A stretch of 64,000 bases of DNA from Pavona decussata (taxonomy: Eukaryota), in NCBI GenBank assembly GCA_977016875.1, contig CDRNST010000056.1, forward strand, positions 2,418,001 through 2,482,000, given 5' to 3'. A program made the position numbers and the translations under genes. Positions 22,238 to 34,149 of this stretch are shown here, piece by piece. The number at the start of each line of letters is the position of its first letter. Within the stretch, counting starts at the first letter, position 1. The notes below the pieces were generated by a model. The model searched no databases. It was not told the DNA's origin and worked only from the letters and a program-made list of their open reading frames with translations.

Positions 22238-23460
22238 GGTGTCTTTACGATGCAGTGCACTTATTGAAAATTGAAGCTACGTTTACCAATTAACGAGGCA
22301 GAACGACACCGAAAGGCGGAAAATTTTACATATTAAGTCACGCGTCTCAAATGAACTCGACAGATCAGAGACAATAAAAATATGTTAGTCACGCCATCTA
22401 AAATTTTATTTTATTTTCCTTTTGTGTATCCAACTTGAACAAAATATGCTCCTGTGTTCCCACATCGTTTTCTGTCCTTTTAAAGACATTTTTGTGCAAC
22501 TGCGTGATACAGATTGGTCTGTTCGGAAGATTTAGCTGACAGAAAACGTTTGAGTTACAGTAAGTATTTAGGAAACTGAATTTCATTTCCCGAATTATAT
22601 TTTTTGATACGAACTGGTCAAAGGTTGTTGGTTTTACGAAAATGCCAGCAAATCTTTTTCCCGCATTTTTAAAGACATTTTTGCTCCTTCGTAAACGGAT
22701 TGATGAAGTAATAGTTTTCCAATGCACGGAAGTTTGAGCTTAGTTTTGCCAAAAAAAAGTATACATTTTCTTTACGACTAATTCCCGAAATTTCCGAGAC
22801 GATTGACACCGAATTGAACCTTTCGGATGTCCATGTTCACCACTGACCATTAAAGAAAAATAAGGGAACTGGTCATAACAAGTTTGCTCGAAGAGTACCC
22901 ACCTTGTCTGGGATTGGGAGGTTATCGAAGACACCACCTATCTCATGGACGATTGCCAACAAAATTTTATTCAACGGGCTTGAAAATTTGAGTTGACACA
23001 GAAATACTCAGCTTGCAAGAGTCAGCATTGCTACGGATAAACAAGAAAAGTAAGGTCATTTTTTGTCTGCTGGATATTTGAGGAGTGGCTATACGATGAA
23101 CTGATATAATACCATCTTCTGAGGTTGGGGAAGGAGGATGCAGGCGGAGACCACCATCTATTTTGAGGTTTGGTAGCTCCCGTACGAGCTAGTAGTTTTG
23201 ATCATCTAATAGTTAAGATAAACAAGTTTGTGGCCAGACATACTGAAACTAAAACTCATCAGTAAAATGCGTAATAATATGGCGACAGATCCCTTCCAAG
23301 GTACACAGAAGATACGACAACCCAACGTTGAGATAAATGGCTAATTTATGGCTATAATTTGGTATTTTGAGCTGACTAAAGTGAATTTCCCATCAATGCA
23401 AAGTCAATGAAATGAGTTCACGTTCATGTTATCCAATAGTGAGCTTGGGTGGCCTGTGAG
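22238..23460. repeat. Segmental duplication of the BTB upstream region; paralogue at 25191-25289 + 29681-29710 + ~30085-30990
   Basis: Colinear matching blocks, e.g. cctgtgttcccacatcg, ggaggttatcgaagacaccacctatctcatg and aaactaaaactcatcagtaaaatgc, in both copies. Confidence 0.85.
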
Positions 23461-23882
23461 TTGTCCATTCTTTTCCATGTCTTAAAAACCGCAATTCCAC
23501 TCCATCCCGAACAATTTCTGGTAGATATTGCAACACAATTGATGCTAAAGCGAGAAGGACAACTGAAAGATTCTAAAATTTCTGGTTTCACTAAAAAAAA
23601 TGTGGCTCTTTTATTTTATGCTTATTGCGCGCATTCCATACAGATCCCTGTTAGTGGTTGTGCCTGTGTAAAGCGTCGGTCACCTGTGCCCTTTCTAGGG
23701 TCGTAATAAAAACGTTTTTCCATTCGACCAAACAACAACAACAACAACAAAAACAATCTGTAACTAGGATAGTAACCCTTATGGGTGATGGGCGTATACT
23801 GCAAATAAATGTTACCATAAACGATTGTCCCGCGGCCGCCTATGAACTTAAGAAGGGGGAAATTGGAGAGGGAGGCGAGAGA

Positions 23883-25190
23883 TTAGGGAGAAGAAGGCGG
23901 GTTGAAATGGCTGCAAATGAACTCGCCAAATTGCCCTTCATTAGTAGACCAAAAAGTTAGAGTCGCATCAGAACATTGGACGGAATGCTTGCCTTGAGTA
24001 CCATACCAAGATGGTGGACCGGAAATGCGAGCCTCAAGGCAGTACACTCCGCCTTTCCTTAAAAGTATCGGTTCCTTAAACAGTACATCAAAACCGTGAT
24101 ACTTCCCCGAAGTGTGCGGGACAGATAAAAATGTTCCTTCCCTGGAAGTAAGAACAGTTCCAATTAAGTCATTTTTTAACGTAAAAGAAATTGAATAATC
24201 ATTGTCCTTGCTACCAAAGACGTACACTCCATGAAAACGTAGATCAGTATTTCGGCTCAGGGAAAATGGTAAACTGCAGCTTTTTCCATTATTTATCCAG
24301 CCAAACTTCACTAAGCTAAACCTGGAACAGCGTCTCCGAAGACCAACTCTTTTGGTCTTTGGAAATCCCACTGGAAAATTTTGCACAGAATTGAGATCTC
24401 TCTTGTAGAACACTTCGCTGACCTTGAGTATATTACTTTTAAAGAGAACGACAGAGCTAAATTCGTCCTGGGTCATAAGGGGAAAACGTATTGCTTTTAC
24501 GATCCGCTCTCCTAAAATGGTTCTCATTTGCTGTCCGTCTGCCACGATGCCTTGTCTTTGTGATTGTTTTGTTGCCCACCTGATGACTCCTTTGAACAAT
24601 TCTACTTCGGCAATACTCAGGGTATCTCTTTGAACCAGCGCTTCAAGTAAGGACCTCTCGATTGTCACAAATGTATCTGATTTCAACGCCGCTTCTGTAT
24701 GGTCGTCGATCATTTCCCAGCATCGATCCACAAGACTTTTTTCCTCATATTTTTCAACCGCTGGGAGAATGCTGAAAACATTTGATGGATCTAAATTCTC
24801 TTGTAAATATATCGTACATTTCTCAGCGAGTGAAGGCACCATGTATTTCTTAGCCAAGTACAACACTCGCATCACATTACTTCCGCTTAAATTCACTTCA
24901 TCGCTGTACATGTAACGAAACAATTCCAACAGACTCTCGTACTCACAGTCAGGCAGTTCAATAGAGTCTCTAGTCTCCGCTAGCTCACCGTAAAACATGC
25001 CTTCGAACACTGGACTGCCAATCGACAGCACAAACTTGTGAGCGGGAATCACTTGCCTACTTTCGCTTTCACCATCGCTCTGACGAACCACAAACTTCAC
25101 ATCGCTGAAGAGATCGTTTTTGAGCATAAATGTCGTTCTTTCTTTGATGTTGAGTCTAGTTGTTTGCCAGTCTTTTTGTAACACAGACAT
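23883..25190 (-). CDS. BTB-BACK-PHR protein (BTBD1/2/3/6-like), intact, intronless, 435 aa
   Basis: Complete BTB, BACK and PHR motifs as in the paralogues. Confidence 0.95.
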   Translation of the reverse strand: MSVLQKDWQTTRLNIKERTTFMLKNDLFSDVKFVVRQSDGESESRQVIPAHKFVLSIGSPVFEGMFYGELAETRDSIELPDCEYESLLELFRYMYSDEVNLSGSNVMRVLYLAKKYMVPSLAEKCTIYLQENLDPSNVFSILPAVEKYEEKSLVDRCWEMIDDHTEAALKSDTFVTIERSLLEALVQRDTLSIAEVELFKGVIRWATKQSQRQGIVADGQQMRTILGERIVKAIRFPLMTQDEFSSVVLFKSNILKVSEVFYKRDLNSVQNFPVGFPKTKRVGLRRRCSRFSLVKFGWINNGKSCSLPFSLSRNTDLRFHGVYVFGSKDNDYSISFTLKNDLIGTVLTSREGTFLSVPHTSGKYHGFDVLFKEPILLRKGGVYCLEARISGPPSWYGTQGKHSVQCSDATLTFWSTNEGQFGEFICSHFNPPSSP

Positions 25191-25441
25191 GGTGTCTTCA
25201 CGATGCGGTAAGCTCAGTGAAAATTGAAGCTACGTTTACCAATTAACAAGGCAGAACAACACGGAAAGACGGAAAATTTTACATATTAAAGGAGAACTGA
25301 AGGCTATAAGACAGATTTTTTTGTATCCACAGATTATGGCCGATTATTATAGATACAACTATAATAAAAGGTAAACAATCGAAAAAACTGAGAATTTCGA
25401 TGCGAGAATAGCATAAAACGAAGGGAATTCCTCAGATTTGA

Positions 25442-25525
25442 ACGTCCGCCATTTTGTACAGATTCTCTTCCGGTTACTTCCAAAAAAGGAATGCGCGTTG
25501 TCGCGTTATGACGTCACTGCGCTCA
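25442..25525 (+). promoter_or_regulatory. Subterminal YY1-like and CRE-like motifs, mirrored at 29468-29530
   Basis: ACGTCCGCCATTTTG (25442) pairs with CAAGATGGCGGACGT (29516). ATGACGTCACTGCGCTCA (25508) pairs with TGAGCGCAGTGACGTCAT (29468), a perfect 18-bp inverted match. Confidence 0.55.
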
Positions 25526-25667
25526 TGTGTTGTTGTTGCACCCAGACATTGCAAAGGTTTTGTTAGGGCTTTGTGCCGAGAGAATTTCGTGTCGTTTGTA
25601 TTCCAGGATATTTTCGCGAATACAGTTGAAGGGACCGTGTATTTTAGCGAACGAAAGCGAAATTTTG

Positions 25668-26841
25668 ATGGCGGCGGCTGAGATTGAACCATATTCTTTT
25701 GAACCCATGCGAGACCACTCGGATTCCGACGAAGATTTCACTGAAAATGCGGACGAAATAAGACGAGGAAACACTCTGTGGTGTAATTGTGGACGTTGCG
25801 AAAACTGGGAAAATCAGCAAGAAAGAGAGTGCCAATGTTGCCAGGAGATTGAAGAAGCTGTAACGAAAATATCAGGTGAAATCATTTATGTACAAAAAAT
25901 GCGAATAAATTTTTTTGTTGATATTTGTATCAATCGTCTTATTTCTTTTATCAAGCTTAATATGTTCCGAATTGTACAATTATTGGTGTTTACCAGTGCT
26001 GCAATACATTGTTTTGGTTATTTGGATCAGATATGGAGACAGATCTTCATCCCCTTCGTTGTATTACCGAGCATCCTAGTTTCAATACAATATGCTTGCA
26101 AAGAGAAGTGCTGGAGACTGCCATTGTTGGCTTGAGCCAGACGCGCGGGACAAGAGCACCACGAGAAATGAATTATATGTAGGTATCCTGTCTGCCGGTA
26201 CACCTGTTACTGTTTGTTTTAGTTTGCGGGTTCTGAGAAGAGTCATAATCTTGCTAATATCAAGCTCATAACAGTAGAACTGGAAGCCATTTAATTATAA
26301 ACATTGAATGCGTGACCTTACAGTTAAATATTACCAACAGTTCGCATTATCGTTGGCCGAACATATCAACCAGAATCTCCTAATCAGAACTTACAAACGT
26401 GCCACAAGTTTATCCTTAAAACAGTTTACACAGCGCCTAACTCAGTGATCTTTGCAATCAAAGGCAGCCGCAAGGTAGTGCCATGATTTCAATAACAGAC
26501 TGAACTGCTTGTCAACAAGTTACACTACAAGCATACCTCCTAAAGTTTGTTGTGATGTTACTCAAAATTGATCGGGAGAGTTGATGCCACCGACCCCTAA
26601 TACGTAAAATGATGTGTAGATATTTCTTCTTTACAGAAATTATCGTTATGCCGCATATCGCCAATTTACTTGGTGGATACATAACAGACTGGGGAGGTAT
26701 GTCAGAAAGGTAATTCCTGCATGCGTTGTAAAGGATATACGAGAAGCCTATCCTGATGCAGACGGAAATTACACTGGATTTCGTACACCTGACGAAAGTT
26801 ATTCCGAAGTGGACTTATCCTGGATACAGGAAATTGTATGA
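25668..26841 (+). CDS. Kolobok accessory (KolX-type) protein, P2X7 C-terminal 'ballast'-like Zn-binding domain; exons 25668-25875, 26031-26178, 26637-26841 (186 aa)
   Basis: GT-AG introns in compatible phases give ...PYSFEP...WCNCGRC...ECQCCQE...RCITEHPSF..ICL.REVL...YRYAAYRQFTWWIH..LG...RKVIPACVV..IREAYP...GNYTGF. AATAAA follows the stop. Confidence 0.88.
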
Positions 26842-26861
26842 AAGGAGCAATAAAACTTTGT

Positions 26862-29429
26862 TCAGTTTGTTACATTATTTGTATTAAAGCGAGATCTGTG
26901 TCTCTCTAGCAAGTTCTCTTTGGGTGGTCTTGCTGTAGGAGCAATGTTTGCTGCAGCAGGCTTAGCGGGAAGGGGAGGCACTTCAATTTGACCTCTCTTA
27001 AATGCAAGGAGATCAGCCATGAGATCATGCAAAAACTGGTAAGACTTATCCTTGTACTGAGGCTTTGCAACCCAGCCAGGACTTCCCTTGGGATGGACAA
27101 ATTTGTGTTTTGCCACACCCTCTTTGGTCATGGCTTGGGTACGTCCCACATTATGATTGTGGTCAAGAATAGCAAGTTGAGTGCGTGCTCTCATGCCATG
27201 ATAAGAGTAATGATGCAACTTATGACAGTATTTCTTTGCCATTAGACCGTGATACATCTCCAAGATGCCTGTGTGGATAAATTCTGCAAGCATCGCTATA
27301 TCCTTTAAAAGAGACTTGTTCCAAGCAACCTCCTTCAGAGCATCATGGGCGGGGCTTCCAACTTTTAGCCACTGCTTCCTTCTCTCGGTTTCTTGTGGGA
27401 TGGGTGGGTGGGCACACCGATGGAAATGCTGACAACCCTCCCAGTGGTGTATGTTTGCCGTGTGATAAACTATAGATTTCCATCTTTCCACACACTCAGT
27501 ACCATTGCCTTGTGAAGTCTTTGCACACCACCAGAGGTGAGTTATGATGGCATGAATCCATGGTTTGAGAGCAGCGCATGGCTTTGCCTGGGCCTTTTTG
27601 CTCAATTTTTTTTTTACCGATTTAGCCATGTGCCAAACATCAAAGTTGTGCTTGATGTTTGGTCGTTCCTTTTTCAAGTGTGCTCTTACTTGGATATGCC
27701 TATCTGTTGCAAGTTTTGCAATGGCCACATTTTCTTCTTGTAAGTGGTCCAAGCAACGCTTCAGTCCTTCCAATTCCATCCCGTTTGAGTTTTTAACCTC
27801 TGTCACTTGAACTAATGAAAAATCTAGAACCTTTGATGACTCTGTGTCCACTATACTGTAAGTCCCGTATTTCGCCGAGTGTCCTGGACTATCACAGCGA
27901 CCATCGCCTCCTGCCACAACCTCCTTGTTCCTAACTTCGCTTAACGTTTGCGCTTGATGTTCAGTGTACATTTTGTCAACAATTGGGAACAGATAGCTTG
28001 TCTGAGTTTCGTTGTAACTTCTTTCACTGAAAAATTGCATGTTTGTTGCTTTTGCAACACTGGCAACACTGCCGTAAGAATTTCCAGTGAACAGTATTCC
28101 AGCGCTAAGCAATAAATTTCCCGCTGCCATTGAACTAACAAACGGTTGTGTTTGCCACCGCAATGGCTTTTCGCAGCATCCAAGATTTTCTATTGTGGCT
28201 AAGGACCCTTTACTTTTAAGTGTTAGGTTTTTTACATTGCGTCCGCAGTTTGGACATTTGACACATTGAGAGAAAAGCTCTTTTAATTTACTCTCAAACA
28301 CTAAGAACTTTCGCTCTTCGTGGACATCACCGCAGTTGTCGTCAAGCCAGTTGTTGGACTCCCTTTCTTCCTCGTCATCGTCAACTTCACTTTTTTTAAA
28401 CAATTTAGTATCCTCGGAGTTGTCTTCAAGGTCAGAATTTTCTTCACCAAAATCGCTGTCGACGTCGCTTAATTCGGACTCATCAGAATCGGACATTTCC
28501 GTCAGCCATTCATCTTCACTTTGCTCCTCTTTGAAACTGACTGCTATTTCAGAAAAATCTAATTTTCTTACTGACTGTTTAGGTTGGCAAATAACATCTT
28601 CATTAGGGAATGAATCCTTGGACGATGCATAGCTGTGGTCATTTGATACAGCGTGGCGGAGGTCAGCTAAGGAAATCGATTTAATTTTCTGAGGGGAGTT
28701 TTGGGTATGTGGCATGTCTGTCTGGCATGCTTGATCCACCATCGTAACTTCGGTTTGGCTATAACAGTCATTAACCAAACATTTCGAAGAGGCTTGTATT
28801 TTTCTCTTTTTTCTTGGCGGTTTTTGCGTTTTGACGGATGTACATATGTGCGACGTCGCAGCTGATGTCACGAAATCTCCGTCTGGTTTCTGTGCGGCTT
28901 CTGAATTTGCATTACTGCTCTCCAAAATTTGATTTATAGTCTGTACGATTTAAAAACAAATGAAGAATTAAAGACCATTTGCCAATAACATTGAAACTTA
29001 TTTAAACGAAAGGCGATTTTATTGGTAGATTATAGTAAATACACAGTTGTTCGAGGTTTTCTATATATAGCATGAAACGCGACTTACTTCTTCATGAAAC
29101 GCTTTCCGTTTTCGGCGCTCACTGGCAGGCCTTCGGGTTGATCTCCTCTTATGTGCGAACAAGGTTGGAATCGCATCATCTTTTAAGTTGCGTTTTCTAC
29201 CACTCTCAGGCATGAGTTTCGACCGTAAGTCTTCTTCGAAACACGAAGACTCAAAATGCGCTGAACATATGTGGCTATGTGCCAGTGGCGGCATATTTTT
29301 TCTCTTGATTTGGGCCAGCCATTCACTCAGTCGGGTTTCATCTTTTAAGGGAAATCGATGGAAACTTATTCCTTTCTTAGTATCTCTGGGAGACCTATGT
29401 GAACAATTTACAACAACGCAATGAACCAT
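26862..29429 (-). CDS. THAP-domain Kolobok DDE transposase; exons 29429-29088 and 28940-26862 (806 aa)
   Basis: THAP (CVVVNC..FHRFP..W..ICSAHF..AIPTLF) is spliced in phase 0 (GAA|GTAAGT, CAG|ACT) to an ORF with CxxC, GDGRCDSPGHSAKY, LATDRH, FDVWHMAK and HTGILEMYHG. Confidence 0.9.
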
Positions 29430-29719
29430 TTCGGATCTCTGTTATTGAAATTTGGCGCGTTCACGACTGAGCGCAGTGACGTCATGCTTGGTACCCACGC
29501 CTTCAAGATGGCGGACAAGATGGCGGACGTACATGGTGTAGTTTTACGGGCCTTTTTTTCTTGTAAAACATGCTTGAAATGGGAAGAAAAATAAAAATAC
29601 TGCAACATTTACTCAAGGACTATTGTTTTCTTTGTTTTGAATTTCTTAAAAAAAATGAGATTTTCACCTTCAGTTCTCCTTTAAGTCACGCTTCTCAAAT
29701 GAACTCGACATCTATCATC

Positions 29720-30080
29720 AACCATCTAATTAACAAATCGGCGGCAGTTTTCTATGGTCTATACTCTTACAGACCATAAAATGACGTCAAAAAATGTTCA
29801 AAACTCAAGTGGAACCACGAGCCGCAGGCGAGTGGTTTCACTGCCAAGTTTTGGACATTTTATGGCGTCATGTCATGGTCTATAAGAGTATAGACCATGG
29901 AAAACTGCCGTCGATTTGTTTTTTACAATAACATGGAAAAAGTACGAGCGGAAGTGACTATTTTTTTTCCTTGAGAAAGCGCGCGCGTTACGTCTGACGT
30001 CGTTTCTATTATCTGTGCTCTTATAGACAATAGCTACGAGCCAATCAGCGCGCGGAAATTTGGACAGTTATTGGTAAAAC
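29720..30080. repeat. Palindromic non-autonomous repeat inserted after the duplication
   Basis: ~90-bp arms aacaaatcg.cggcagtttt.atggtctatactctta / taagagtatagaccatggaaaactgccgtcgatttgtt. Absent from the paralogous region at ~22365-22400. Confidence 0.6.
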
Positions 30081-31645
30081 TGATTTCTTCAATTTTATTT
30101 TCCTTTTGGGCATCCAATTGGAACAAAATTATTTCCTGTGTTCCCACATCGTTTTCTGTCCTTTTAAAGACATTTTCGTGTAACTGCGTGATACAGACTC
30201 ATCTGTTCGGATGCTTTAGCTGACAGAAAACTTTTAAGTTGCAGTAAGTATTTAGGAAACTGAATTTTATTCCCCAAATTATATTGTTTATTATATAATG
30301 CGAACTGGTCCGGCGAACGGTTGTTGGTTTACCTTTTCCCGCATTTTTAATTAAGGACACTTTTGCTCCTTCGAAAACATCGAACTGAACAATTGAATAT
30401 TCATGTTTCATATCAAATTCACCGCTAACCATTAAAGAAAAACAAGAAAACTGGTCATAACAAGTTTGTTCGAAGAGTGCTCAACATGTCTAGAATTGGG
30501 AGGTTATCGAAGACACCACCTATCTCATGAACATAACGAACAAGTGGTTGGCAAGTGAGTTGACACAGAAATATTCAGGTTGCAAGAGTCAGCATCGCTA
30601 GATAAACAAGAAGAGTGAGGTCATTTTTTTCTGCTGGATATTTTCAGGGGTGATTATGCTATGAAGATACCATCTTTTGAGGTTGAGGTTGGAGGCGGCA
30701 GGCAGAGACAACTATCTTTTTTGTGGTTTGGTCTCATCTAATAGTTAAGAAAAAAAACGTTTGTGGCCATACATATTGAAACTAAAACTCATCAGTAAAA
30801 TGCTTAATATGGCCACAGATCCCTTCCAAGTTACACACTGAAGACACGACAACGCAAAGTTAAAATAAATGGCTAATTTATGGCTATATTCTGGCATTTT
30901 GAGCCGACTGAAGTGAATTTCCTATACAAAGTCAATAAATTGACATCATGTTCATGTTATCGGATTGTGAGCTTGGCTGGCCTGTGAGGCATCCACTTTA
31001 ATTTTTGAGAGAGAACGACAGCGAAAGGTAGAAAAATTTTCACCCAACGCAGCCGATCACAAAACATCACATACGGGTGAAAGTCCTTTCTCGTTCCCAG
31101 TGCCAAACATTGTTTGTAGTATTCAGTCCCTACCGGCTGACGTGGTTCCAAAAGCTTGAAAAGTTCTAGGAAGCCTGTTCCTCAATCCTTTTTCTCGCAG
31201 TTTGGAAGACAGAGATTAAAAGAAAAGATGGCCCAGCTCACAAAGAAGAATAAACCAGTTTGTACCGGCTGTACCATGTGGGGCCAGCGCTAGCCTTACT
31301 GGTAACATTTACAAACACTCTTCAGTCTCTTCAGTTTATTTTATTTTGCTCTTAAGTATATCATCAGATTTTCGTTGCGTTTCTGTCATAGAAAAAAATA
31401 AGTGTTGTTCAACAGCTTCTATTCCATCCTATTGATTAACCACATCCTAGAATCTCAACCTTAAGCTTAAATAAAGTGATTTTATTTACCTATTTATTTT
31501 CTAATTTATTTTCTTTAAGGCGGGATCTTCTGCAGATGTCCAACCTATGTGTATATTAGATTAATTGACATCAAGTTATTAGACAATGTTCGTAAGTTAC
31601 GTCATTAGACCAATTTCAACGTTGTTGTCTTGTAGTTGACAATTA

Positions 31646-32304
31646 AGGCCCTGTTCATATGAGCACGGTTGACCGGGCTGGCCCAGTTTCCGAGATCTCG
31701 CCTCACCACTAAATCCTTTGTGAAAATTTAGATATGTTCATATGAGAGGGTGGGCTGGCTAGGTTGCCGAGATCTCGGTTTTTCCAACTGGGATCTCGTT
31801 AACTGGGCTGGAAATCTTTCTCATGTAAACACTTCAGCCAGGTTACCAAGCAATCTCGTTTTTTTCAACTACGCATGCCTTGTACGGTGGCGGCAAATGA
31901 GCAAATTTCTTCCGTCCTCGAATTCGAAGAGATTCCGTTGGGAGACAGAGATGCTAAGCCATTTGATCGACTGTTTTAATACTTGGCTACAACTGAGTCA
32001 ACAGGGCGGCTCGGATGACATCATTTTGTCTCATTCTACTGTATTTTCCATATCGTTAGTATCCCATGTATGTACTTCGGCATTTAGCTGAAGTAACACA
32101 GCTACACGAGTTGACAAAGCTTTGATTGGTGCGATAGTTATGACTTTGCCTTTCGCCATGTTTATTTTCTTTCTCGGAATTTCGCGCCAAAACTCGTCCC
32201 CAGGATCTTAGCACCTTTTCTCATCTTGGTAACCGGGCTGATATCTCTTATATGAACCCAAGACAAAATTAGTCCCGGTAGCCGGGCTCATATGAAGAGG
32301 ACCT
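31646..32304. mobile_element. Harbinger-like MITE
   Basis: AGGCCCTGTTCATATGAGC...GCTCATATGAAGAGGACCT imperfect TIRs, with internal CCGGGCT/GAGATCTCG repeats. Confidence 0.6.
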
Positions 32305-33187
32305 GCTAAAACGTGCACCAAGATAAGCGCACGTGCAACGAAACTGAAAGCACGTGCACTTTGTCAGTTTGAAAATTTGTCATTTTCTCGCTATCCTCCC
32401 TCTCGACACTGCTATTTTCTAACCTTGAAATGTTGCAAACTAAGTTTCCTTTCAAATTTGCATTTTTGTGCTTCTCCTCACGTCCCTCAACTACAGTTTT
32501 CATTATTTTTTGCCATTTCCACATAAGAATGCAGATAACAAAGACAAGTAAAAACATACAACGATTGGGCCAATCGTTGTATGTTTTTACTTGTCTTTGT
32601 TATCTGCATTCTTATCATGCAATTTGAATTGCAAATATATACTGCTAAAACTCATCTTTAATTCATTTCTCATCTTCTTGCACATGGCTCCGTTCGCAAA
32701 GTTAACCGTCCACTTAATCCTTGTTTCGAAGCTTTTAAGGACTATTATCTCTATCTAAAGAACTTCAAGTCGACTGCAAAGCGCTGGGGAACCACAAGAC
32801 TGTAAAACTAGCACCACTAAAGAGAGAACGACGCAGCGAGCAAGGCCGTTTGACCGGTTCATCAATGCTGTATCAACGAAAATGAAACGTCAAGGAACAT
32901 TCATTCTATGACAGGTAATTTCGCTACGACGTATCAAGTTTTTATCAGTTAATCTTGAAATGTTGCAAGTTAATTAGTTTAATTTTCGTGGCCGGTCATT
33001 CGTTTTGTTAAATTTGTTAAATTTTGCTTCAATAATTAAGAACAGATGAACTAAGTCACAGCTCAATTAATATCATCAACCATTTAAGTTTCCCGGAAAG
33101 TGCAAGCCAGGCGATTTTTGTTTATTTTTGACAATATTCGATTGTTTGCTAAACGTTTTGTCGTTAATTGAACCTATGTTGAAATTT

Positions 33188-33791
33188 AGAGCGCAACACT
33201 GAACAGGATGCATCAGATTGAAGTAAAGTGGAAGTTCAACACAAAGCGAAAGAAGAAGCGTCAATCACAGAAGGTGAGTACCCCATTCCCTTGTTTATTT
33301 AGGTTGCTTCAAGTCAGGGTAGCAGAAATGTTCGCAGATTTTATTTGCCGCTTACGTTTCTGGTACTAAATACCAATGAGAGTCTGCCATCTGCTGGCTT
33401 TGACCAAACGATTGAACGGACATGGTCTCATTGGCAGAAAGGCGCGCGTGGGTTTTTCATGGTTTGGGGGGTTGAGGTTTCCAAGGACAGGATTTCGCCT
33501 AGTGAACAAATTGATCCGGGCATTCAGCCCTCACATGCCAAGTACTGTTTTTATCTAGAGCACTCTGTTCCCTTTTTTGATGGGTTTTGTTGGTATGCAA
33601 CTGGTCTGCACCCCTCTACAGCCCACACTTCCTCGTCCACTGTTTAAATCGTCCTTAAACATGTTCTCTGCCACTAGAATCTTGACTAGTGCCTCACATT
33701 AAGAAATTATTCTTTATGATAGGAATTAAATTCAAGGAGATGATTGACCGGGGAAGGAGAAAAGAAGAAAATCAAAGATATTGCTGACAAT
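33188..33791 (+). other. Possible exons of an unidentified gene or pseudogene
   Basis: Consensus splice-like sites (GAAG|GTGAGT 33274, TTTAG|G 33302, ATG|GTGAGT 33792) bracket an open, protein-like stretch (..FDQTIERTWSHWQKGARGFF..). No complete model could be built. Confidence 0.3.
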
Positions 33792-33823
33792 GGTGAGTTT
33801 CGATAAAGTTGTTTTTGCCTTAA

Positions 33824-34102
33824 GGACGGTGCCTACTAATACCGAAGTATTTTTGTGCGGCTTATGACAGTGCGGGAAAAGTAGATCTCAGCAAGGCCTA
33901 TTGGAATCCAAAAAGAAAATTAGGGGTAACCACGCACGCAAATTGACGCTTAATTATTTCTGAAAAATGCCTGGTTACCCCCAATTTTCTTTTGAGATAC
34001 CAAAAGCATTTGCTAAGTTCTGCTTTCTCCGTATAGTTTTAAACCACGAAAAAATATTCCTGCATTAGAAGGCACCACCCATAGGAAACCTGAGTATCTC
34101 GC

Positions 34103-34145
<43 letters not shown>
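33824..34145. mobile_element. TTAA-target MITE A; decayed copy at ~58051-58440
   Basis: TTAA|GGACGGTGCCTACTA...TAGTAGGCACCGTCC|TTAA. Confidence 0.9.

Positions 34146-34149
<4 letters not shown>

Larger units (their letters stand above)
25290..29680. mobile_element. Kolobok DNA transposon, apparently intact and autonomous (4391 bp)
   Basis: TTAA|AGGAGAACTGAAGG...CCTTCAGTTCTCCT|TTAA (perfect 14-bp TIR, RR..YY termini). Two convergent genes. Empty paralogous site at 22333-22336. Confidence 0.95.

Noticed and set aside
25527-26135. 202-aa ORF as a single-exon protein
   Set aside because: Only 25668-25875 is coding in this frame. The rest is upstream sequence and intron read-through, and the conserved domain is completed by splicing.
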